Of a DNA stretch of 64,000 bases, positions 1 through 11,938 are shown piece by piece. The number at the start of each line of letters is the position of its first letter. Position 1 is the first letter of the stretch. The position numbers were made by a program, and so were the translations under genes. The stretch is taken from the NCBI GenBank assembly GCA_964016885.1, contig OZ024746.1, positions 45,942,001-46,006,000 of the forward strand, given 5' to 3'. The notes beneath the pieces are model-generated. The model was given only the letters and a program-made list of their open reading frames with translations, made no database searches and was not told the origin of the DNA. This stretch comes from Eledone cirrhosa (Eukaryota).

Positions 1-129
1 ATAAGGTGAAAGTGAGGCTCAACCAGACTCTAATTATGCAAAAGACACAAGTACAAGTTCTTCTGAGTAGGTGACAGGGTTGGGTTTGGTGAAGTAGTCA
101 TTTGGTTTGTAGAGGTAATCAGAGTATGG

Positions 130-1863
130 GATAACATGAGAGAAGCAGCACTTCAATCAGACAGTTCAAATGAGCAGCATAACCATTTCAATGAGGTCCT
201 CATGCAGAATATTTTGATAACAAATGACAGTAACCTTGTTATCATGGTTGGTTACTTTAATGAACATAATGGTTAACACCATAATGGAGACTTTAGATAT
301 GATACAAGGAATGAAGAAGGATCATAGCCCTTAAAAGTTGGTGATGCAAACAACCTAACTATATGCAACACTAACATCAAGAAATAGGAGAGATTCCTGA
401 TTAACTACAGATCAATTGAACACACAAGCCAGGTAGACTTCAAACTTACAAAGAAATGGGATAGGAAATTGCTTGTGAATACTAAATCCTTCCCTGGTAA
501 AGAATGTATAACACAGCATAGACTATGATCAGTAACAGATAGACAAACTTAGAGAAACAAGACAACCTCAAGAATGAAAGCATAGAAGCTAAACATTCCT
601 TGTCAAAGCAGAATACTAGTTGATGCATATGATAAGAAAGCTGAAAGTTAGAGATTTATATTATAAAGGACAACTGGTAGTTTCTATAAGGCAAACAATC
701 GGAAGCCATAAACAAGATATGTGGATATATCTAGTAATATTCAAAGTGACAAAGCAGTAAAATAGTACAGTAGGCAGAACCATAACACTAAGATACAGGC
801 CTTGAAAGGCTGGAGGAAAGTGGGATGCAAGGAACAATATCAGCTATCAAGAAAAGAAACAAGTTATCAGGTATACGTAACATGGAGAGCAACTGAAAGA
901 AAAGGTTTGTCAATGTTTTGCCATGGGAGGACCAGATGTGTGAGGTATTTCAAATTACAAAGCAGTTTGTCACCCAAGATGCCACTGGGGAAAAGTATGT
1001 CTGGAGTGAGAGTGACACATTTTCCATTGCTGAGATTGGGAATGGAGCTACACAGAAATATTATTGGGTGAGATTGCAGGCTGCAGAAAATACACAAGAG
1101 AATAAAGGACTACCCCAAATAGACCCAACAGAGACGTCAGCTATTGAAACTGACAGCTACATATATGGTCAGAAGCATAATAAAGGATAGAAAGACAGTC
1201 ACAAATCTTCTGAAAATATCCAGTGAAGTAGAACACACTTTAATCACACAAATACTGATTGAAATGGTAGAGGGAGACATCATACACAATGATTGACAGA
1301 GCAGTATCATGATCAGCTGCTACATAGGCAAAATAAATGCTTTAAAAAGAAGCAATGACAAAGGCATCTATCTGATGAAGGAGATTATAAACGTAACAGA
1401 AAGAGTTATAGCACAGCCGATTAGGAAGAGAATTAACTTTTAGATGAGAGCAGGGAAAAGAACTGTGTGGACAGAGTTCAGAAACCTACGACCTCTATTG
1501 GTAAGAAATGTGATCCTTTTACCAAGTGAAAGGCAGATTATATGATGCCAGTGTATAAAGTGCAATGTTATATAGAAGCAAAACATGAGCACTGAATATG
1601 TAACACAGAGGGAAAGACTGCACTTGTATAGACATGTGGCATGTGAGAAGGATAATAGTTAGGTAAAAAGTGCAATGCAATCCGGTGGGAGGAACCTATA
1701 GTAGAGGAAGCCCAGGTAAAACATGGAAAGAAGTGGCTAAAGCTGTCCTTAGGAGGCTGAAACTTGAGAAGATGATAATGGAAACGTGGTCAGGCATTCA
1801 GCTTGGGTAGATCTCTCTAAACCATGCAAGTAGGGAAAAAAGGACAGGAAAATGATGATGATG
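130..1863 (+). mobile_element. Old degenerate RTE-clade LINE with internal deletion
   Basis: Broken similarity to the APE/RT region of the RTE at 54120-56298. Near 1450 it jumps to the RT C-terminus. Ends with ccatgcaag...aatgatgatgatgat, the RTE-type tail. Many stops and frameshifts. Confidence 0.75.
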
Positions 1864-1904
1864 ATATTGATGCTAATAGTATATAATAATAATAATAATA
1901 ATAG

Positions 1905-2091
1905 TAATAATTGTTTCTACTTTAGGCACAAGGCCAGCAATTACCCAGTGCATTACTAGTACTTTATTTTATCGACCCCGTAAGGATGAAAGGCAAAGTC
2001 AACCTCGGCGGGATTTGAACTCAGATCGTAAAGGGACGTAACTATGCTGGAAAGCATGGCGTCCGACCCTCTACCGATACTGCCAATCCAG
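1905..2091 (-). mobile_element. tRNA-derived SINE family A with (ATT)n tail
   Basis: Minus strand: A-box-like TGGCAGTATCGG, B-box GAGTTCAAATCCC, body gcctttcatccttacggggtcgataaaataaagtac, tail ggccttgtgcctaaagtagaaacaattatt. More than 10 copies in the window. Confidence 0.85.
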
Positions 2092-2839
2092 TAATAATAA
2101 AAAAGGATGAGGTATTAAATCTTCATTACATTTATTGAGGTGTGACACATGTTTCACGATTGATCAGCTCAAGGTTCTATCTGTATCAATCAAACATGAC
2201 TCTGGAATCAAAAGCACATCGGACTTCTGTTATGGTAATGACAGAAAGAACTATATCTATCTATGCATATTAAACTTTTGCAAAAAAACCCAAAAAAACT
2301 CTATTTAAGGGAGTATAAGTCAGATAGACTAAAATAAGTTAGTCTCCCTACCATGGTTTAAAAAAAAAATACCATCCATTTCAAATATCCATAATTATAC
2401 ATACATATATACATATATATATATGCACATACACATGCACACACACAAATATTCATATGGACACATATACATATATATCATCATTATCATCACCATCATT
2501 TAACATCTATCTTCACTGCTGACAAGGGTTGGGCAGGTCTTCACATACTGCTTATGGATATTTTGTTTTATTGTCATATGCATTACTCCATTGCCTAAAA
2601 TAATGTTATAAAGTGCTGTACGACATGGCTGTAATTATACAATCCCACCCTATACAAAACTGTATTTCCAGGAAGCAGGTGCGGTGAAGATGAGAAAAAC
2701 TGCTTTATATTTATTTGTTATTTATGTCCATTTTTCCATGTGCACATTTGCAAATATTGATTATACCAGTAACTGTCACTCATCAACTTTTTTGTTTATG
2801 TGTGTATATATGTATGTGAATGTGAGTCTGTGTGTGTAA

Positions 2840-2901
<62 letters not shown>

Positions 2902-2964
2902 TTATATATATATATACATATATACATATATATAAAATATATTATATATATATATATATACATA

Positions 2965-3293
2965 TCATCATTTCATTTTCATTTCATTTTACGTCTGCTT
3001 TTTCCCTGCTTACAAGGGTGGGATGGAAACTGATTCTGGCTTGATTTCTACAGCTGGATGCCCTTCCTAACACCAACCTCATTTACAGTGAGTGCTGGGT
3101 GCTTTTTTGCCGTGGCACCTCCACGACCACTTTGCAGTGGAATGATATGAACCCCAGTCCCTATCATCTCATTTCTACAGCTGAGTAAACTGGAGCAATG
3201 TGAAATAAAGTGTCTTGTTCAAGGAAACAACACATCACCCGGTCTGAGAATTGAACTCACAACCTTTCGATTGTAAGGCCAATGCTCTAACCA
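2965..3293 (-). mobile_element. tRNA/CORE-like SINE family B with RTE-derived 3' half, inserted in (TA)n
   Basis: Near-identical to 11601-11938 and 47068-47411. Pol III boxes on the minus strand, CORE-like ttccttgagcaagacactttatttcacattgctccag, and a 3' end shared with RTE 3' UTRs plus (GAT)n. Confidence 0.85.
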
Positions 3294-3325
3294 CTATATA
3301 TATATATAAAATATATTATATATAT

Positions 3326-3361
<36 letters not shown>

Positions 3362-3405
3362 CATATGTATTATATATATACATATACATGTATTATATAT
3401 ATAAC

Positions 3406-3438
<33 letters not shown>

Positions 3439-3505
3439 TATATATATATGAAATACTGTAACTGTTAGTATGTATATATTTGTGTTCATGGGTCATTGGA
3501 AGGAA

Positions 3506-3800
3506 TATCATCATCATCATCACCGTTTTACGTCCATTCTTTCACGCTAGCATGGGTTAGACGGGTTGTCCTGTTGTGGGCAGTGTTCAGTCGGCTGACC
3601 ATGTCTTGCTCATACGGGAACTGATTCTGGCTTGATTTCTACAGCTGGATGCCCTTCCTACACCAACTTCATTTACAGTGAGTGCTGGGTGCTTTTTTTC
3701 TGTGGCACCTACACGCCCACTTTACAGTGTGGACTGGGTACTTTTTTGCTGGGCACCTCCTCGACCACTTTTCAGTGGGAGGGGGTGGGGCCTATTGTCT
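3506..3800 (-). mobile_element. 5'-truncated RTE copy (3' UTR only)
   Basis: Highly similar to the 3' UTR at 28000-28290, which lies downstream of an RTE RT C-terminus. (GAT)n tail. Confidence 0.75.
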
Positions 3801-4750
3801 ATATGCTTCAGAATATATTTGCACATATTAACATATAATTTAACTGTTATTGATTATTGTTATGCTTATAAATATATATATATATATTGAAAGGATAACA
3901 AGAACGATTGGTTACTCCTTCATTACATTTAGTGGTAGGTAAAGCGCGTTTCGCCACTGATCAGCTCAAGGTTCGATCTGTATCGATCTTACCCGACTCA
4001 ATAATTGACAGCTCGATGGACCCTTGAAAATGCTATAAGAAAAAACTCCAAGTTACACTCCCTAGATATATATATATATATATCTATATATATACACACA
4101 TAAGCTGAAACCACTTGACACCGGGATTATACCTCTCTCTCTCTATATATATATATATACACATACATACATATACATATATACATACATACATACATAT
4201 ATATATGTTAATGCTATCTTGACCACTTTTTCAGTTTGTATGGCGTTTTAACATATTGTTTAGCTCTGGATTTTTAACTATGGATCGCTCACCAGCATAA
4301 CTCCGATTTTTGCGTTTCGTTTCTCTTTTTCTACCCGCCGAAATGTGATTCTCGCTGAATTTATATTTGTATTAATCTCCCGAGTCTTACAATTAACCTG
4401 TTAATAATCCTATTGACAGATTAATTGCATAAGTTTATTTTAAAAACTACCCGGTTGAGTGCTTATTCGATTTGTGCTTTTTATGCAATTTTTTGAATGA
4501 TATACACATACTGAATTCATTTGCCAAAGTCTGGCGTTTTTCACCTTGTGAATTACACGTGCTTTTACGGAGCTCAATGTCATTCACAAATTTGGTACAG
4601 AGCAAAATACCTGTTGATAACATGATATTCCTTGTTCGATCATTATACCTAAAGCTTATTGTTTTAAGCAGAGAGTTTTATTGATTTAGGGGTCATAGAA
4701 ACCCTGCATTTGGATTTTACCATCAATTCCAATGGGACCAGATATATACA

Positions 4751-4783
<33 letters not shown>

Positions 4784-4817
4784 GCATATATGCATATATA
4801 TATATATATATACATAT

Positions 4818-5147
4818 ATATTAATTCCAAATATTAACAAACTAGATATTCTTGTGATCAATTATATTTTTTATACATATTTCAGAGGTACTGAATTAAG
4901 TTCAACAGTACGTCCTCATCAGATAAAATAAAATGATACATGACATATCCTGACATGGTAGATGGTTAAGATTTAATCAAGGTAGTCATAAATCTTAACC
5001 ATCTACCATGTCAGGGTATGTCATGTATCATTTTATTTTATCTGATGAGGACGTAGTGGTGAACTTAATTCACTACCTCTGAAATATATATAATAAAATA
5101 TAATTGATCACAAGAATATCTATTTTGTTAATATTTGGAATTAATAT
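4818..5147. repeat. Long inverted repeat (~158-bp arms, 13-nt spacer) carrying a hammerhead motif in each arm; probably Penelope pLTR-derived
   Basis: 4818-4975 is the reverse complement of 4989-5147 with few mismatches. Embedded in (TA)n. Confidence 0.9.
5034..5100 (+). ncRNA. Minimal type I hammerhead ribozyme (mirror copy on the minus strand at ~4865-4930)
   Basis: Stem I TATTTTAT/ATAAAATA, core CTGATGA, long stem II (GTAGT...ACTAC), GAAA, palindromic stem III TATATA, AUA cleavage triplet. Confidence 0.8.
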
Positions 5148-5239
5148 TAATAACTCTGGAAAATATTTTTGTAGAGTGCTTCCAATCTATTGTAAAACTC
5201 ATTCTTTGATGTATTCATTGAATCTTGTTTAACTCTTAA

Positions 5240-5306
<67 letters not shown>

Positions 5307-5336
5307 TATATATATATATGCATATATATATATGCC

Positions 5337-5375
<39 letters not shown>

Positions 5376-5462
5376 GGAAAGTTATATTTAAAATTGTTGG
5401 GTTACAACTAGTAAATATTTATAACTGATATAAAAGCACTCGACAAATATTTGGAGTATATT

Positions 5463-5831
5463 TACAATATTAAATAAATGGAAACTATATTTATAAAACC
5501 ATATTTATTTCATTATATATATTTCGGGGATATCATATTAACAATATGCTATGCCTTCCTCAGACAAAATACAATATAAACAGTTTTATAGATAAATAGA
5601 TTCGACATACCGTTATAACACCGACTTCCATTTGAAGAGGTTTAAGCTGGCAGCTTAAACCTCTTCAAATGGAAGTCGGTGTTATAACGGTATGTCGAAT
5701 CTATTTATCTATAAAACTGTTTATATTGTATTTTGTCTGAGGAAGGCATAGCATATTGTTAATATGATATCCCCGAAATATATATAATGAAATAAATATG
5801 GTTTTATAAATATAGTTTCCATTTATTTAAT

Positions 5832-5837
<6 letters not shown>
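5463..5837. repeat. Near-perfect palindrome (187-bp arms, 1-nt centre at 5650) carrying a hammerhead motif in each arm
   Basis: Centre aagctg-g-cagctt. The arms read as exact reverse complements by eye. Flanked by (TA)n. Confidence 0.92.
5729..5794 (+). ncRNA. Minimal type I hammerhead ribozyme (mirror copy on the minus strand at 5506-5571)
   Basis: Stem I TATTTTGT/ATGAAATA (two G-U pairs), core CTGAGGA, stem II with CATATT-gtt-AATATG, GAAA, TATATATA stem III and cleavage site. Confidence 0.75.
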
Positions 5838-5894
<57 letters not shown>

Positions 5895-5915
5895 GCATAT
5901 ATATATATATATATG

Positions 5916-5979
<64 letters not shown>

Positions 5980-6098
5980 TATATATATATATATGCATAT
6001 ATATATGCATATATATATATGCATATATATATATATGCATATATATATATGCATATATATATATATATGCATATATATATATACATATATATATATGC

Positions 6099-6145
<47 letters not shown>

Positions 6146-6224
6146 TATATATATATATATGCATATATATATATGCATATATATATGCATATATATATAT
6201 ATGCATATATATATATATATATGC

Positions 6225-6271
<47 letters not shown>

Positions 6272-6292
6272 TATATGCATATATATATATAC

Positions 6293-6327
<35 letters not shown>

Positions 6328-6352
6328 CATATATATATACATATATATATAA

Positions 6353-6451
<99 letters not shown>

Positions 6452-6453
6452 CA
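5836..6453. repeat. Long interrupted (TA)n microsatellite; other large runs at 2843-2965, 5240-5375, 28783-28965, 32953-33058, 60190-60674, 62034-62120, 62458-62765
   Basis: Direct reading. These runs explain the YIYIYI pseudo-ORFs in the ORF track. Confidence 0.98.
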
Positions 6454-6611
6454 TATCAACATCATCGTTTAACGTCCATCTTCCATGCTAGCATGGGTTA
6501 GACGGTTTTGTTCCACTTGATGCAGTATTGGTCAAGATACCAGGTCTCGCTTGTACAGAACTGTCCTTGGCAGGTTTTCTATGGCTGGATGCCCTTCCTA
6601 ACACCAACCAC

Positions 6612-6643
<32 letters not shown>

Positions 6644-8904
6644 GTATACGTATGTATGTTTGTGCCAGTGTCTCATCATAATTGTCATCATTATCATTTT
6701 CCACCATTTCGTCATGTCTTGGATGGATCATTACAGACCAAGTCAATTCTTATTCAGATTTTTTGTGTTCACATTAACTGGGTTGGGAATCATGTACTAG
6801 CTTATATACATTCCAGTTTGGGCATGATTTCCATAGCTGGGTGCTCTCTTTAATGCCAACCACTACACTAGAGTACTGGGTGCATTTTATTGTGGTACCA
6901 GAACTAGAGGTATGGTTATTTCCAAGAGATGACTGGAGAGTCCTTTTTAGCATGGTTTCTATTGCTGGATGCCTGGATGCTATTCCTAATTCAACCACTT
7001 TACAAAGTTTACTGGGTGTATTTATTAATGCATTGGCATTTGAGAGTTTGATAGAACCTTGACTTGATTGAAGAGCTTTTCTTACCCTAAGTTGTTACCA
7101 CAATCAAATGCAAATCAATTCACAGTGTGTACCAAGTATATTTTATTGTGTCACCAGCACTAGAGAGGTTGCCGTTTTCCAACATGAAATGTTTGAGTGT
7201 GAATAGAAGCGGTTACAAGGGATCAGAGAAGTAGGATGAGTATGATGAGCAAGAGATTAAACAGACAAGTACAAGATGCACATAAGGAAGGGAGAGCAAG
7301 GGATGGATATCAACAGAGATATAAACAAGAGTAGTAAATGACTGTTTAGAACAACAGAGGAGACTGATGGTGCTATGACTTAACAGTGGAGTATGATAAT
7401 CATATATTGTAATTGTATAATTGTGTGCATGCATGCCTATATGCACATAATATTGCTTCTTATATATCTTATTTGTGAGTATAGTTATCATTCCTATGTT
7501 GATCAATGTAATAACCGATACCAGGTTGGGTGCTGCTCTTAATAACTGGTATGGAAAATGATATCTACAATAGCTAGCAGAATTCTCATCATTTTACTCT
7601 TTTGCTACTGACTTGAATTGTTCTGTTGATTTCTGACTTTGGCACAAGGTTACAAATTTATAAGAAAAGGGATTGAATTAATTCAACCTATTTTAGTGGC
7701 ACTTATCATTACCAGCCCTGGATGACTGAAAAGTAATGTATAACCTAGTAGAATTTTGACCAGTGAATGCAGAGGAATGTAACTAAATTCTATAAGGGAT
7801 TTAGTATGGCACCCTAACATTTCTGTCACTCAGCCATAAATTATTATTACTACTGTAAATAAATCAGATACACACCATTCCTATAGGCATGAAAATTCCC
7901 TGATGAGGAAATAATAAAAATATTGGTTAAAATATTTTCAGATATTTATCTCTTATCTTCACTAAAAGGATACGATCTTAAATGGGATTAGTCAATAGCT
8001 ATGGGGAAAATCTGCTCTGTACAATGAAGCCAATATAACTATTTGGAAGCAGTCAATATTCTTTGAGTATGTGTCCATAGAATTTTTAAAATATAAATAT
8101 AGTCTTTATTATATAAATTCACCTATATATTAAAAATAACGTGTCCAATAACTTTGATTGAAGTGAAGTGGAGGAAAATTGGTAACAAGCATCTGGGTGG
8201 ACTAAAAAAATTCATTAATCTATATGAGAGACATATTATCTCAGGTCTCATTGTCAATATAAAACTAGTCATCAAAATTTTAACATATCATTGTTTTTTT
8301 TTATAAATCTCCATATAATACATGTCACATAATGGAGTACTTTGTTAAAATTATACTTTGGTGTTGGATTGATCAAGTATATTCTAGGTAAAAAAAAACT
8401 ATACTGTCTTACTGACAAAGCCACAATCACATTTCTAAATTAAGTTTAGTGCTTCAGATAAACTGTTTCTGTTTTATTTTTTTTTCTCAACATAGTGTAT
8501 ACCATATTGCCTATATGCTTTTGTGTATTATATGTAAATATACAGCTTGTATATTAGTGTTTATATAGCTAGAAAGTTCTTACTACTAATTTGATACTGA
8601 TTATAAAATTCTAATGGAAAAGTAAAATTCCTTTAACATTAAGTACAATAATGGTTTTAACACATGCGATTTAGCATTCCTTTCTTCAAGGAATGTTTTT
8701 AACAAACATTTTTCTTTATATGATCCATTTTGATATGTATTACTGCTTTTTCCAAATAGTTGGAAATTCCTGTATGAAACCTAACTTTATTACTGAATAA
8801 CAACAATGGTAAAAAGGGAAACAATTCAAACAATTATTAGGAAAAACTGTGTGTCTGTCTGTGTGTATGTTTGTGTATTATAAATCAATGACCAACAATA
8901 ACAT

Positions 8905-9922
8905 TTAAACTTTAGGATTTGAAAAATTACAAATATCTCCAGCCACATTTTCTTCATTTTTATCATGTTTTAAGGGGCTGGATTTCTTTGGGGATGTATC
9001 TTTCTGTTCAAATAGTTCTGGCTTACTGATGACACTAATCGTTTCAACAGGGAAAACTGCAGTTGTGTCCAGAGCTTTAATTTTACGAGATTCTTTCTTA
9101 GAATATGATCGTCCTGTATCTGCAATTGGTTGATCAGATGCAGATTTTCGAGAGGCATCTCTTGATATAAGCATCATCTCTTTTGTATTGTGCTTCTCTG
9201 GTTCACATGAAGGCTTAGTGTTCTTTAACAGACTGTTATTTTTGTCCTTGTTACAATATGAAAATTTTGTATCTGTTGGATCAACTCGGCGGAAACTTCC
9301 ACCCTTATGTGTAAAGACAGGTCTTAACGTGTCTGAGTGGAAAATCTGATCCGATTTGGAAAGCACCACTTTCAATTCAAGACAATCTGTAGCTTTAGGA
9401 GTGCTTCCTCTCCTTGGTAAGGCAAGTTTTGATTCTCTTTTGTCAAACTTGTGTGAACTTATTCGTCGGAGTGCAGATTTTACAATACCTGGAGTCTGCA
9501 TTCTGTCTCCACTATGCAAGGCCATATTATCAACTTTTGTTATATTCCCCCAACTTTTACAAATTCCAGTGGCATAGCTTGTGTTTCTGGCAATTGGCCG
9601 AGTGTCCAAACACTCTAGATCTTTGAATAATGATGTTCCTTTTTGTGACCCTGTACGTGTGTGAATAGCAACAAGATCTCTTCCATCATCATGAACTGAT
9701 GCATTGGTAAAAATTTGATGTGATACAGTCGGAGATGTTCTTGACACATCGGAACGAGTATTACTAACAGCTGGAGAAACTTCAGCTGCATTGTTTGTTG
9801 GACCCTCAATCACAACTGGTACAGCCTTATTAGTGGCTGCCATCTGTTCTTCTTTCTCAGCTGCCTCTTTAGAGATTCTCATCAGTTCTTCAATTAGCTG
9901 ACTAGAATTCATTCCTGACATG
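8905..9922 (-). CDS. Terminal coding exon of the guanylate cyclase: ~339-aa Ser/Lys/Thr-rich C-terminal extension
   Basis: Acceptor ttgacag ends at 9923. The first base C completes TG|C (Cys) and continues in frame into the 338-aa ORF 9921-8905 (stop TAA). It is the only long non-repeat ORF in this region, and the five exons total 1464 nt = 488 codons. Confidence 0.85.
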
Positions 9923-11496
9923 CTGTCAATTTAAAGAGAAAGGAAAATTTAATAAGATGATATTTGTATTAGGAATTTAACTAATTATGAGTAAAATATT
10001 AAAACAGGTAACAAAAACAAAAGCAATAATGGTAGTAAAGAATTATTGTTATGAGCTTTCATAAATAATAATATCGTTTGGTGAATTGCAATTTTATGTT
10101 TGATAAAGGGGATCTTATGACATTGTTTATTGTGAAATTTGTCATGTAATATTTTAAACACAATATGAACCAGGGTATGCATGTGTTAGCTCAGCAGTCA
10201 AATAAAAAGCTACAACTGGGATGGAAACAGATTCAAATTGTTGAATAAACTTTTGGGAGTGTTTTCTCATATACACAACAATATAGACTTTCCAGTGGAT
10301 TCATGTGTGTGAGCTTTACTATTGTTATTACTATAACTGTTAAAACTGCTATTGTTATTATAACAATTATCACTGTTATTGCTACTGGCACTCAGGAATG
10401 GAAAGAATTCTTTACAACAAGCACTATAGAGCAAGAAGATGTAGCATTATCATGGGAATCATTCCATTTAGTTTTCATTTCACCAACAATAACATATCTT
10501 CCATAAGTGAAACATGTTTAAAGAAATATAAATGAACTGAAACAGACAAATTCTTTTAGCTAACTACAAGCATAAAATAATGAACAAGATTATTTGATAT
10601 TACCTCATCTATCTGAAGTTAGATGATGGAATACAAGTATTAGCATTAGAACAGGTTCAGATAATGCTAATTGCTATAATTCACCATCACCCCCATATAC
10701 TTCTAATGCAGTATCAGATACTTTACAACAAAATCAATGTAATCCAACTGATTCTCTTCACCTGGCTGCTATTTGAAAGGGTTATAAAGGCTTTTATTGT
10801 GGTGGTAATAAGATTCATAAATGATATGATTGCTCTGCCAAGGAATCTCTTTGTCATTCATTTGGTATAAGGTATGCTGATCTAATAATTGTATGTCATC
10901 AAAAACTATTTTTAGAGCAGATATGAATTGCTGGCACTAAGTAATTCAGGAAGTCTAAAAAGTTGTATTAATACTTCTTCTGCCATTAATATGAAATTGC
11001 CTATTAAATCAATTTCTTAACTCCTCCCCACAAAAAATAGATAAATAAATAAATAAAACAAGAAATAGAAACTTTACTATTCGTGGTGTTACATTAAACA
11101 ACAAATATCTATGATTTCAAATTTTTAACAATGAATGATCTTTGTTCCTATATTGCTGTTACAAAATGTTATGCCTCTTCACAAAAGCCTGGGGATTAAA
11201 TATAATGATACTTTACCTATACTCAAAATGTTTTTTAATACTGCTATACATATAACCTCTACTCTCATTTTTAATAGTTTAATAAATCCGGTAATGCTAT
11301 AACCACTCCTAGTCGTTTTCTTATGAAAAAGAATACGAGTACAGTACACACACACACACGTGCATGCATGCACACACACACGTGCACATATATATGATGG
11401 CTGACTGAATATGCACATGTATTTTTTCTCCCCCTTTTTCCCCCATTCCTTCCTCTTATCACCCTTTACTTTCTTTATCTTCTATTTCTAATTCTA

Positions 11497-11533
11497 TCTT
11501 CTGATGAAAGACTAGTGTCCGAAACGTTAAGAC
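11497..11533 (+). ncRNA. Minimal hammerhead-like motif of Penelope pLTR type, stem II partly decayed
   Basis: TCTT-CTGATGA-aaGAC tagt GTCc-GAAACGTT-AAGA, with stem I TCTT/AAGA and palindromic AACGTT as stem III. Confidence 0.6.
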
Positions 11534-11600
11534 TCTCTTCTTGATATTTCAAGCATTAAACTAATATATTTTTTCATACATGCATATATATATATATATA

Positions 11601-11938
11601 TCATCATCATCATCATCATTTTATGTCTGCTTTTCCCTGCTTGCAAGGGTGGGACGGGAACTGATTCTGGCTTGATTTCTACAGCTGGATGCCCTTCCTA
11701 ACACCAACCTCATTTACAGTGAGTGCAGGTTGCTTTTTTGCCGTGGCACCTCCAGGACCACATTGCAGTGGAATGATAGGGACCCCAGTCCCTATCATCT
11801 CATTTCTACAGCTGAGTAAACTGGAGCAATGTGAAATAAAGTGTCTTGCTCAAGGACACAACACATCACCCGGTCTGAGAATTGAACTCACCTTTCGATT
11901 GCAAGGCCAATGCTCTAACCACTAAGCCATGTGCCTCC
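11601..11938 (-). mobile_element. SINE family B, full length
   Basis: Minus-strand 5' end GGAGGCACATGGCTTAGTGGTTAGAGCATTGG (A box), GAGTTCAATTC (B box), (GAT)n tail, flanked by (TA)n. Confidence 0.9.

Noticed and set aside
3890-4060. Repeat shared with 2101-2240, with GAAAC and hairpins on the minus strand
   Set aside because: No intact CUGANGA core in the right position. It may be a decayed pLTR but cannot be supported as a ribozyme.
5804-6501. Long YIYIYI ORFs here and at 2832, 59974-60758 and 62393-62903
   Set aside because: They are translations of (TA)n/(CA)n microsatellites, which lack stop codons.
8905-8920. C-terminal ...NPKV as a PDZ-binding motif
   Set aside because: Position -2 is Pro, which does not fit class I (S/T) or typical class II motifs.
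11880-11938. tRNA-like sequences (also at 15343, 47350 and ~63520-63575)
   Set aside because: They are SINE heads continuing into CORE-like bodies, with no complete acceptor stem.
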